Positions 1 to 8,415 of a stretch of DNA of 64,000 nucleotides are shown here, piece after piece. Below the pieces are notes generated by a model. The model did no database searches and was not told the origin of the DNA. It saw only the letters and a program-made list of their open reading frames with translations. This stretch comes from Poseidonia sp. (GTDB lineage Archaea; Thermoplasmatota; Poseidoniia; Poseidoniales; Poseidoniaceae): positions 192,001-256,000 of the forward strand of contig CBFIDD010000001.1 in assembly GCA_965661285.1 (NCBI GenBank), given 5' to 3'. The translations under genes and the position numbers were made by a program. Every line of letters begins with the position of its first letter. Position 1 is the stretch's first letter.

Positions 1-154
1 CCTGGTCATCGTACTGAAGGTCGGCCCTGTCCCAAGGTTCGGGATAGGCATCATCGCCTTTGGGCAGTTCCTCAACGACCTCGGTCTCCCCAAAACAACC
101 GGCGAGCATGCTCGTTGAAAAGAGCAGCACGACCATGAGAGGTTTCAGGTCCAT
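1..154 (-). CDS. Lipoprotein, N-terminal part (truncated by window edge)
   Basis: Manual translation from ATG 154: MDLKPLMVVLLFSTSMLAGCFGETEVVEE... Hydrophobic stretch plus lipobox LAGC; frame open to the window edge; TTCAAG box 30 nt upstream. Confidence 0.75.
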   Translation of the reverse strand, partial: MDLKPLMVVLLFSTSMLAGCFGETEVVEELPKGDDAYPEPWDRADLQYDDQ

Positions 155-205
155 GATGCATCGGGCGCGTGGCATAAACTTGAACCAATCGGAGCGCTGT
201 TCCCA

Positions 206-586
206 TCACTCGTCCTTGTTTTCTACGACTTCTTTGGCGGTCATCTCTGCCCGAACCTCGTCCATGTCAAGGCCCTGGAGTTGCTGCACGAGGTCGCGCA
301 GTGCGGCTTCAGGAAGGGCGCCGGGTTGCATGAACACGCCGATGCCTTCCTTGAACGCAATGGTTGTGGGAATGGAACGGATGCCGAACATACCAGCGAG
401 TGCCTGTTGTTCCTCGGTGTCAATTTTCCCGAACACCACATCTGGGAATTCTTCGGAAACTCGTTCGTATACCGGACCGTAGGCTTTGCACGGACCACAC
501 CATTCCGCCCAAAAATCAAGGATGACAAGTGGGTTGTTTTCAATGGTCTCGGCGAAGGTGGGTTCGCTGATGTCGAGTGTGGCCAT
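206..586 (-). CDS. trxA: Thioredoxin
   Basis: LDFWAEWCGPC active site and IRSIPT cis-Pro loop. Start trimmed to MATLDISE (ATG 586). Confidence 0.93.
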   Translation of the reverse strand: MATLDISEPTFAETIENNPLVILDFWAEWCGPCKAYGPVYERVSEEFPDVVFGKIDTEEQQALAGMFGIRSIPTTIAFKEGIGVFMQPGALPEAALRDLVQQLQGLDMDEVRAEMTAKEVVENKDE

Positions 587-678
587 GCGTGCACCCTCAA
601 CTCCACCCTTCTTGAAGGCATGTGATGGGGTAGCGGCGTAACAGGCGCTCTTATGTGCTGTGATACCATCCATGGAAT

Positions 679-3216
679 ATGCGCCGACGACTCGCCCTCG
701 GTCTTCTCCTCGTGGTGCTGTTTCTGGGCCAGAGTGTTGGCCCTGTTCTCTCGGAAGCAAGCGAAAGCGCCAGCGCTGCAGGGGCCCGAGACGCCACGAA
801 TGTTCGTATCAGCGAAATTCTCGTTTCGGCGAGTTCCGAAGACTACAACGGCACGGATTGGAACAACGACGGCGACATCGGTTCAACCTCCGACCAATTT
901 ATCGAATTGTGGAACGCCGGTGACGAGCCTGTTGATGTCTCCGACTGGCTGCTTGACGACATCACCGAAGGTGGCTCTGGCCCCTGTCGTCTAGCGTGGA
1001 ACACCACCATCGAGCCCAACGCTTACATCGTCATCTTCAGAGAGAGTTCGAGAATTGAACTGGATTACTGGGACGGCGACACGGCGACCATTTCAGACAG
1101 TTCTGGCAACCTCATCGACTCGCTCTCCTATCCCGGAGAGGACTCGAGGTGGGACACCTCGTACGCCAAGGCCCTCGATGGTACAGTCTCCAAGGTCGAC
1201 CCGCCCACACCGGGCTGGGGCAACGGGGAAACCTACGCCGTGGCCCAAAACATGGTGCGCTGCTACGGACTGAACGACAACGTCCATGAAGGCGCCTACG
1301 TGCTGAAAGGCCGAATTGTGCCCATGACCGGCGAGGCTGACGTCATCAACGAAGGCCACATTCTGGTGAAGGACGGGATGATCGAGGCTGTCTGGGAAAA
1401 CGAAGTCCCGTCCGACATCCAACTGACCAACGTGCCCGTGTTGGAAACCAACGGCACGATTTACCCGGGCCTGCTCGACCTTCACAACCACCTGCACTAC
1501 AACCAGGCGCCACTGTGGGACATGACCCCTCACCTCCCTGAGAACAATCGAAACCAGTGGTCCGGCTACAACAACCGCTACGAATGGAAAAACCACCCGG
1601 ATTACAGCGAACAAGTTACCAAACCGAAGATGTTGGTTCACTCGGGGCCTTATTGGAACATGGAATCGCAAGCGATGAAGTACATCGAAATGAAATCCCT
1701 CGTGGGTGGAGCAACCGCTGCACAAGGCGGCCCCAGCAACCCCGAAGACAGCTACACCACCGTCCTGTCGAGGAACATCGAAGACTACAACTTCGGCAGG
1801 GATGAAATTCACACCAAGGTCACCGAACTGACGTCGGACTATGTGGGCAACCACATCAAGACAGGCAACGCCAGTGGCGAACTCGACGCGTGGTTCATCC
1901 ATATCGCAGAAGGCGTGGACGAGCGAAGCCGCGGTGAATTTGACATTCTTGTACAAAACAATCTCCTGGTGGGAGAATTGGTCTTGATACACGGGGTGGC
2001 GCTTGGCCAACAAGAATTCACCCAAATGGCGAACGTTGGTGCCACGCTCGTGTGGTCCCCGCTTTCCAACCTCCTGCTGTACGGTCAAACCGCCGATGTT
2101 GCGGCCGCCAAAGCCGCTGGCGTTCACATCACGCTGGCACCGGATTGGGCGCCCTCGGGCTCAAAATCACCGCTCCACGAACTGAAGGTGGCAGACCTGT
2201 GGGACGACGAGATGCTCGGAGATATTTTCACCGATTACGAGCTGGTCGAGATGGTCACATCAGGTGCGGCCATCGCCACCAACTGGGACAACGAGGTCGG
2301 GACGCTTGAAGCGGGCAAGGCTGCCGATTTGGTCGTGGTTGACAACATCGACGCCAACCCCTACCGCAACCTCATCAACGCCATCGACCCGGATGTCCGC
2401 CTCACGGTGGTTGGCGGACTGGCAGTATACGGAGATGAAGACCTGATGGCGGGACTGAAAGGCGACGACATTGAACCCGCAGGGAAGTTCGGAAAAGCCG
2501 TTGATGTGACCTATCTCGCCGCACCGGATGGCGCTCAAACCTGGAGCAGCATCGTTGAGAACCTCACCATGGCCATGCGATTTGACATGGAGGAAATGAG
2601 AGCGGCCTTCGGCGACGCAAGCGACTTTGACAGCGTTACCAGAGACATGGGCAACGTTGGCTTGGACCCGTGGTATACCTACGGTGATGAGCGCTACTTC
2701 AACGTCCTCAACAATTCAGGAACGGCCAACAATCAGTGGGACATGTCCTTGCTCTACGACCGATATTACGACCGAGCGGAGACGCTGGATGCGGTCACCG
2801 AATTCGAAGTGGTCGAAGCCTCTGAACCGGAACCGTGTGAAGATGGCTCGCAACCACCCTGCGAAACCGACAACACGGGCGACAACGGCAATGACAACAC
2901 AGGAAACACCGGGGCTGACAACACCGGAAACACCGGGACCGACAACACCGGAAATACGGGCGAAACCCTGAACCCGGTCGACACGACACAGGCTGAGGAA
3001 GAAAACGTCGAGCGACAAGCGCTCCTTCTCTTCGTTGGCATCATCGTCGTTCTCCTCGTCGCCTTGTATGTTGTCTCCCGTGGTGGCGAAGACGCGCTGG
3101 CCGCTGAGGTGCAAATAGAGAAGATGTGGGACGAGCAAGAAGCATCCGCTTCAAGCATGAACGCCTTTGTCCCTGCTCTTCCACCGATGTCGCCACCGGC
3201 CGATGAAGACGAATGA
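679..3216 (+). CDS. Secreted, membrane-anchored lamin-tail-domain plus amidohydrolase (deaminase-like) protein
   Basis: Signal peptide; LTD motifs (RISEI, FIELWN, VDVSDWLLDD, PTPG); amidohydrolase metal ligands DLHNH, HIAEG, LIHG, APD and GTLEAGKAADLVV; DNTG-rich linker, one TM helix, Pro-rich tail. Confidence 0.8.
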   Translation: MRRRLALGLLLVVLFLGQSVGPVLSEASESASAAGARDATNVRISEILVSASSEDYNGTDWNNDGDIGSTSDQFIELWNAGDEPVDVSDWLLDDITEGGSGPCRLAWNTTIEPNAYIVIFRESSRIELDYWDGDTATISDSSGNLIDSLSYPGEDSRWDTSYAKALDGTVSKVDPPTPGWGNGETYAVAQNMVRCYGLNDNVHEGAYVLKGRIVPMTGEADVINEGHILVKDGMIEAVWENEVPSDIQLTNVPVLETNGTIYPGLLDLHNHLHYNQAPLWDMTPHLPENNRNQWSGYNNRYEWKNHPDYSEQVTKPKMLVHSGPYWNMESQAMKYIEMKSLVGGATAAQGGPSNPEDSYTTVLSRNIEDYNFGRDEIHTKVTELTSDYVGNHIKTGNASGELDAWFIHIAEGVDERSRGEFDILVQNNLLVGELVLIHGVALGQQEFTQMANVGATLVWSPLSNLLLYGQTADVAAAKAAGVHITLAPDWAPSGSKSPLHELKVADLWDDEMLGDIFTDYELVEMVTSGAAIATNWDNEVGTLEAGKAADLVVVDNIDANPYRNLINAIDPDVRLTVVGGLAVYGDEDLMAGLKGDDIEPAGKFGKAVDVTYLAAPDGAQTWSSIVENLTMAMRFDMEEMRAAFGDASDFDSVTRDMGNVGLDPWYTYGDERYFNVLNNSGTANNQWDMSLLYDRYYDRAETLDAVTEFEVVEASEPEPCEDGSQPPCETDNTGDNGNDNTGNTGADNTGNTGTDNTGNTGETLNPVDTTQAEEENVERQALLLFVGIIVVLLVALYVVSRGGEDALAAEVQIEKMWDEQEASASSMNAFVPALPPMSPPADEDE
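2893..2961 (+). repeat. Three imperfect 24-bp coding tandem repeats (DNTGNTGx linker)
   Basis: gacaacacaggaaacaccggggct / gacaacaccggaaacaccgggacc / gacaacaccggaaatacgggc. Confidence 0.85.
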
Positions 3217-4713
3217 TCACACCAGGTCCCATTCGGGCCCGCTGGCCGTGTCGGTCACGACGACCCCCAAGTCGTTGAGTTGGTCTCGAATCGTGTCAGC
3301 AAGCCCCCAGTCTTTGTTGGCTCGTGCTTCGCTACGTTGGCGCAGCAGCGCCTCGACCTCGTCGGCGATTTCCGCTTTTCTCGGGTCCTCCTCCGGTTCT
3401 GCCAGGGCCACGTCTTGCACAGGCAACACACCCAACACGCGCCCGGCCGTTTCCTCCAAGAGGTCAACGGCATAGTGGGCGAAGGCGTTTCGGTCGGCCG
3501 CCTCCATGTAGGTGGCGAGAACTTTCGTGATTTCTCGAACCATTCCCAGGACCTTGGCTACGGCCTCTCGGGAATTGAAGTCATCATCCATCGCTTTGGC
3601 GAAGCCTTCGCCCATTTTCTCAAGCAGGCCAAGCGACGTTGCCAGCGGCATGGGTGAAGCGAGGTCGGGCGTTGGCAACGCCACGGGGGAGGGGTGCTCC
3701 ATCGCTTTGAGACAGGCGACATAACACGCCAAAAGGCGGTTGTAGTTTCGCTCGGCATCGTTGAGCAAGGCTTCGTTCATGTCGATCGGCGAACGGTAGT
3801 GAGCGTTGATGAGGGCGAATCGCAACACCATGGCGTCGACTTTGCTCAAAATGTCGCGAATGGTCCAAAAATTACCCAAGGACTTGCTCATCTTCTCTCC
3901 GTCGATGTTCACAAAGCCGTTGTGGAGCCAGTGATGAACGACGGGGGAATGTCCGGTGTGGCATTCGCCCTGACAGATTTCCGCTTCATGATGAGGGAAC
4001 CGCAGATCGTGGCCGCCACCGTGGATGTCAAACTCCTTGCCGAAGTAGTCCATTGACATGGCCGTGCACTCGATGTGCCAACCAGGTCTGCCCGGCCCCC
4101 ACGGGGAATCCCATGTGGGTTCGCCTGGCTTCGCCGCCTTCCAAAGGGCGAAATCTTTGTGATCTCGCTTTCCAGAGCCGGTATCGCCAACACGACCCCC
4201 TGCACCTGAACGCACGGCGTCGATGGACTGGCCGGTTAACTGACCGTATTTTTCGGGCGCCGATTCCACATCGAAGTACACGCCATCATCGGCTGCGTAA
4301 GCGTGCTCTTTGTCAATCAGGTCCTGTGTGATTCGTATCATCTCGTCCACATACTCGGTACAGCGGGGGTAATCATCAGCCCGAAGGATGTTTAACGCGT
4401 CCATGTCTTCGTAGTACGATTCGATGTTTTCGTCCACCAACGCTTTCCAATCGCCGCCGATTTCGTTGGCACGATGGATGATTTTGTCGTCGATGTCGGT
4501 GAAATTCTGCACATAGTGCACGTCGTAGCCGCTGGCCTCCAGCCACCGATGAATCAAATCAAAGGCCAAGTAGCAACGAGCGTGGCCCAAGTGGCAGCGG
4601 TCGTAGACCGTCACGCCGCACACGTACATCGACACCTTTCCGGGCTCAAGGGTGGTGAAGTTCACCTTTTCTCGGCGACGCGTGTCGTGCATGCGAATGG
4701 GCATGGGCTTCAC
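3217..4713 (-). CDS. cysS: Cysteine--tRNA ligase
   Basis: MYVCGVTVYD, HLGH, DFALWK, PGWHIEC, DIHGGG, FPHHE, KMSKS. Start may be ATG 4704. Confidence 0.97.
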   Translation of the reverse strand: MKPMPIRMHDTRRREKVNFTTLEPGKVSMYVCGVTVYDRCHLGHARCYLAFDLIHRWLEASGYDVHYVQNFTDIDDKIIHRANEIGGDWKALVDENIESYYEDMDALNILRADDYPRCTEYVDEMIRITQDLIDKEHAYAADDGVYFDVESAPEKYGQLTGQSIDAVRSGAGGRVGDTGSGKRDHKDFALWKAAKPGEPTWDSPWGPGRPGWHIECTAMSMDYFGKEFDIHGGGHDLRFPHHEAEICQGECHTGHSPVVHHWLHNGFVNIDGEKMSKSLGNFWTIRDILSKVDAMVLRFALINAHYRSPIDMNEALLNDAERNYNRLLACYVACLKAMEHPSPVALPTPDLASPMPLATSLGLLEKMGEGFAKAMDDDFNSREAVAKVLGMVREITKVLATYMEAADRNAFAHYAVDLLEETAGRVLGVLPVQDVALAEPEEDPRKAEIADEVEALLRQRSEARANKDWGLADTIRDQLNDLGVVVTDTASGPEWDLV

Positions 4714-4772
4714 TTTCGCCTGCGAGGGGTTGCACTTGAAGGTTCATACGGGTCGCGCCGTTCGGCATGCCT

Positions 4773-5792
4773 ATGGAGGCAAAGAACGACCAGCGAATCT
4801 TCGTCACCGGCGTCAACGGCCACATTGGCAACCACATCGTTCGCGATTTATTGGAAAACGGCTACCGTGTCCGAGGCTCGGTCCGCGACCTCAACGACGC
4901 CACAAAAACTGCGCACGTGCTAGCTCACGCTGCCGATTTGGGTCTTGAAGACCGCCTTGAGTTGGTGCAAGGTGATGTGTTGGAAGCCGACGGCTGGCGT
5001 GAGATGCTCAAGGATTGCGACGGATTGTTCCACACCGCCACGGTCTACTCAACACGCGGAACGGCCACGATGATTTTGGACACGGCCAACAAAGGCACGA
5101 TGCATTTGCTCCACGCTGCGGCACAAGCGGGTATCAAGCGCATCGTCTACACCTCGAGCACGGCCGCCGTGGGAACCTCACCAAAAGGGACGACCAAAGA
5201 CGAATCCGTCTGGAACACGGACACTTCACTTCCTTACACCACGGCCAAAACCCAATCGGAACGTCTCGCTTGGGAGTTGACAAAGGAACTCGACCTCGAC
5301 CTCAGGGTCATCAATCCCACCGCTGTGCTTGGTGGTGGCTTCGTCCGACCGACACCCAGCGTGGATTTCTTCCAGGACGCCATCGCCGGAAGTTATCCTG
5401 TGGTGCCCAAGTTCCCCATGTCGGTGGTCCATGTTCGGGACGTTGCGAAAGCCCACCGTCGAGCCTTCGAGGTTGACGAAGCAGAGGGACGCTTCATTTT
5501 GGCACCGCACGCCAACCTGACCCTCGCCACCATCTGCAAGCGCATCCGTACGCTGAACCCGACGACCAAGGCCCCTCGCTACAGTCTTCCAAATGTCCTC
5601 GTGCCACTCGCCGTGTTTCAGGACTGGTTGGGCGGGAAGTTGGGAAGGCAACGCTACCTCACCCGAGCCGTGGCCAAGAACATGATGGGCGGGGACACGG
5701 ATTACTCAAGTGCCAAAGCCGAGAAGGTCCTCGGCATGGACTGGGAGGACTTCGACACATGCATCCAAGATACGGTCGACGTCTTCCTTTGA
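4773..5792 (+). CDS. NAD-dependent epimerase/dehydratase (dihydroflavonol/cinnamoyl-CoA reductase-like extended SDR)
   Basis: VTGVNGHIG Rossmann motif, YTSSTAAV, YTTAK catalytic motif, VHVRDVAKAH. Confidence 0.88.
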   Translation: MEAKNDQRIFVTGVNGHIGNHIVRDLLENGYRVRGSVRDLNDATKTAHVLAHAADLGLEDRLELVQGDVLEADGWREMLKDCDGLFHTATVYSTRGTATMILDTANKGTMHLLHAAAQAGIKRIVYTSSTAAVGTSPKGTTKDESVWNTDTSLPYTTAKTQSERLAWELTKELDLDLRVINPTAVLGGGFVRPTPSVDFFQDAIAGSYPVVPKFPMSVVHVRDVAKAHRRAFEVDEAEGRFILAPHANLTLATICKRIRTLNPTTKAPRYSLPNVLVPLAVFQDWLGGKLGRQRYLTRAVAKNMMGGDTDYSSAKAEKVLGMDWEDFDTCIQDTVDVFL

Positions 5793-6463
5793 CCCACGAC
5801 CAAGGCTTGCTCGCAGCCCGAGGCAGCTACCTCGTGCCCACCGCCACCATCCTCGCCTCCATGCTGTTGCATCAACTCGCTGGACCTCGTGCGGTCCCGT
5901 TTTTCATTTCCGAAGCCGACGCCACCGGTGCGGACGGCGTCGTGTTTACCGTTGGTCTGACCCTCGGTGGTATGGCTCAAATGACCTATGCGTGGCATCT
6001 TTACCACACACTCGAGGCGGAACGTCCGCTTCTTTGGTTCGTGGCCACCCTGACCGGTCTGTTGGCGTCGTTGAATTCGATTCTGGTCAGCCATTACGAC
6101 ATGTATAACCACATCAACCCGCACATCCTCACGGCGATGCTTGCCTTTGGAGGCGGCGTTGTCTGGGCCTTGCTCGCCAGCATCGCCCTCGGGACGCATG
6201 CCAGTTCTGCGGGACAACGCATGCGGCGAATCGGTTTTGGCATGGCTGCCACGGGTTTTGTGGTCATGATCGTGGCCTTCCAAACGGCCGCCAACACCGT
6301 TGACCCCACCGGCCTGACAACGATTGAATTTCTCAACCAGGCGCAAGACGGTATCCGCATCGCTGCACCTGCAGAATACATCTTGGTCGCAGGTCTGATG
6401 CTTTGTTTGGCCTCCTTTCACCATGAACTCTCTGCAGCAAAGAAAACAGCACAAGAGATTTAA
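5789..6463 (+). CDS. Multi-pass membrane protein, probably Frag1/DRAM/Sfk1 (DUF998-like) family
   Basis: About 6 hydrophobic helices, PFFISE motif after TM1, His in HPHILTA and AEY near the last helix. TTG start overlapping the upstream stop is assumed. Confidence 0.55.
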   Translation: MTHDQGLLAARGSYLVPTATILASMLLHQLAGPRAVPFFISEADATGADGVVFTVGLTLGGMAQMTYAWHLYHTLEAERPLLWFVATLTGLLASLNSILVSHYDMYNHINPHILTAMLAFGGGVVWALLASIALGTHASSAGQRMRRIGFGMAATGFVVMIVAFQTAANTVDPTGLTTIEFLNQAQDGIRIAAPAEYILVAGLMLCLASFHHELSAAKKTAQEI

Positions 6464-6487
6464 TCCTCCGGAGAGCACCTTGTTCGT

Positions 6488-7057
6488 ATGAACAACCGGA
6501 CAACTGTTCTGTTTTGCCTGACCCTCATCCTTGCAGGTTGTGTCTCGGAAGAAACCGTTTCAGAGTTTCAGGAGGAACAGGCCCAAACTCCGGTTGCCGT
6601 GGTCTTTCCCGCTTGGGATGGTGTGGACCACACCAACACTTCCCATGCCGTGAATCAATTTGACAACACGTCCTACATGGCTTATTTCTCCGCCCCGTGG
6701 TGCGCTCATTGCGAATCGACCTTGGACGCTTACGACCTCGTCATTCCGGAGGACAAGTTGATGGTGTTCTCCCGAGAAGCCCGAGAAGAATACGCCAACA
6801 TGAGCGAATGGCACAACACCACCGAACAGAACCTCAACCGCACCATCAATCGCCCGTTCATCCTCCATCCGGTCCTGGCTATGGAGGTTGAAGCCAAATC
6901 AATTCCACACGCTGTCTTCGTCAACCAGCAAGGCTATGTCTACCATGTTGAGATTGGAAAAGAAACCAATCAAACCTACATCGCCGACCTTTGGAACACC
7001 GTTTCCACCGCCACCTTCTCTCCGGAAACGGGCTGGAACACGACCGCTGCAGTCTAG
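6488..7057 (+). CDS. Lipoprotein with thioredoxin-like (TlpA/ResA-type) domain
   Basis: Lipobox LAGC; YFSAPWCAHC CxxC motif; SIPHAVFVN cis-Pro region. Confidence 0.75.
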   Translation: MNNRTTVLFCLTLILAGCVSEETVSEFQEEQAQTPVAVVFPAWDGVDHTNTSHAVNQFDNTSYMAYFSAPWCAHCESTLDAYDLVIPEDKLMVFSREAREEYANMSEWHNTTEQNLNRTINRPFILHPVLAMEVEAKSIPHAVFVNQQGYVYHVEIGKETNQTYIADLWNTVSTATFSPETGWNTTAAV

Positions 7058-7377
7058 GATCGATCGCCCCGAAGGACGAGAACCTCCGAGGGTACGGTGT
7101 AGGTGTAGCGCGCCTGCGGACCCTCCAATCGAAGAAAGGTCAAGGCGTCGTCAAAAATCACGGTCGTGAAGGCCGACTCGATGGAGTGGAGGGGCATGTT
7201 AGCCAGGAGGTACCCGTTTCGGTCAAGACTGATGCCGGTGGGAACCGCTGGAGGAACCGAACGAAATTCCAACATGGTCTCAGTTGTCGACAGAATGCCC
7301 AAACCGTGGAACATTTCACCAAAGCGAGTGGAGATTACCGCCCAATCTCGCTCAATGCTCAATCCCATGACCACCAC
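7054..7377 (-). CDS. Hypothetical protein
   Basis: Fills the gap downstream of mutY on the same strand; no motif recognised. Confidence 0.55.
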   Translation of the reverse strand: MVVMGLSIERDWAVISTRFGEMFHGLGILSTTETMLEFRSVPPAVPTGISLDRNGYLLANMPLHSIESAFTTVIFDDALTFLRLEGPQARYTYTVPSEVLVLRGDRS

Positions 7378-7413
7378 TCCGTACGAAGCCGTTTAGCCAT
7401 TTGCTTCTAAGCG

Positions 7414-8406
7414 CTAGGAAGGTGCATTGGCGTTTGCATATTCCAAAGCGAGATTCAGAACTTTGTCATCGAGTGAGGAGAGCGCAACGCTACCCCGAGG
7501 AGTACCGTGGGACGCAAGGTCGTGCTGCTTGAGATGGACCCGGACCACGATTTTTCGATGAGACAACTGGTGATTGACCGTACCGCAGCTGACCACATCT
7601 TCGAGACTGCGTGGTGCCCCATCGAAGTAGACCGGGCCCCACAAACCCGCAAAGATGCCTTTCATCGGTCGTTGATGCAGAACAGGATGGCCGTCAAGAG
7701 CAAATTCAACCACCGCCGTCAAGTTGAGCATCGACACTCGCTGTTTCTTTGGAAGTGGGTAACCACTCGGGTCGCTTTTCCCTGCGCAGGAGGCTCGAAT
7801 CGGGCAGCCCCCGCACTTCCAGCGTTTGGGCGTGCACACGGTCGCTCCAAGTTCCATGAGGGCCTGATTCCAATCGCCTGGTCGTTGGGTTTCCAGCGAG
7901 CCATCAGCCCACGCTTGAACCTCCTTGGGCGTCGGACTCGGTTGGGCGGTTTGCCGTGCCATGACGCGTCGGATGTTGCCGTCCACGCAGGCAGCCGGTT
8001 CTCCAAAAGCAATGCTGGCCACGGCGGCAGCGGTGTAGGGGCCAATACCGGGAAGGGAAAGGAGGTCGTCGTATGTCGAGGGCAACTGGCCGTCGAAGCC
8101 ACCCTCGGCTTTGGGAAGGATCACCTTCTGACTGAGCGCATGAAGACGACGAGCACGACTGTAGTAGCCCGCACCTTCCCACGCCTTGAGCACCGCATCA
8201 AGCGGGGCTTGCGCCATGGTAGCGATGGTCGGAAAGGTCTCGACCATGCGTTTCCAGTACACCAACCCACGGCTGACTTGCGTCTGTTGCAGCAAAATTT
8301 CGCTCAACAGAATAGCCCAAGGGTCGTTGCTTTGCCGCCACGGTAACGCTCGTTGATGTTCATCGTACCACGCCAGCAAGGCCTGCTGGTCCTGTTGAGA
8401 GAGCAC
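7414..8406 (-). CDS. mutY: A/G-specific adenine DNA glycosylase
   Basis: LPWR, LSEILLQQTQV, GYYSRAR, HhH LPGIGPYTA, VDGN, NQALMELGA, Fe-S motif C-x6-C-x2-C-x5-C. Confidence 0.93.
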   Translation of the reverse strand: MLSQQDQQALLAWYDEHQRALPWRQSNDPWAILLSEILLQQTQVSRGLVYWKRMVETFPTIATMAQAPLDAVLKAWEGAGYYSRARRLHALSQKVILPKAEGGFDGQLPSTYDDLLSLPGIGPYTAAAVASIAFGEPAACVDGNIRRVMARQTAQPSPTPKEVQAWADGSLETQRPGDWNQALMELGATVCTPKRWKCGGCPIRASCAGKSDPSGYPLPKKQRVSMLNLTAVVEFALDGHPVLHQRPMKGIFAGLWGPVYFDGAPRSLEDVVSCGTVNHQLSHRKIVVRVHLKQHDLASHGTPRGSVALSSLDDKVLNLALEYANANAPS

Positions 8407-8415
8407 GCCTCAACC

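Noticed and set aside
60-482. 140-aa plus-strand ORF, and the extension of the trxA ORF to 760
   Set aside because: Antisense to trxA and the lipoprotein gene; the extension overlaps the divergent gene at 679.
2869-2961. Short tandem repeats as a possible CRISPR array
   Set aside because: In-frame coding linker repeats with no spacers and no cas genes.
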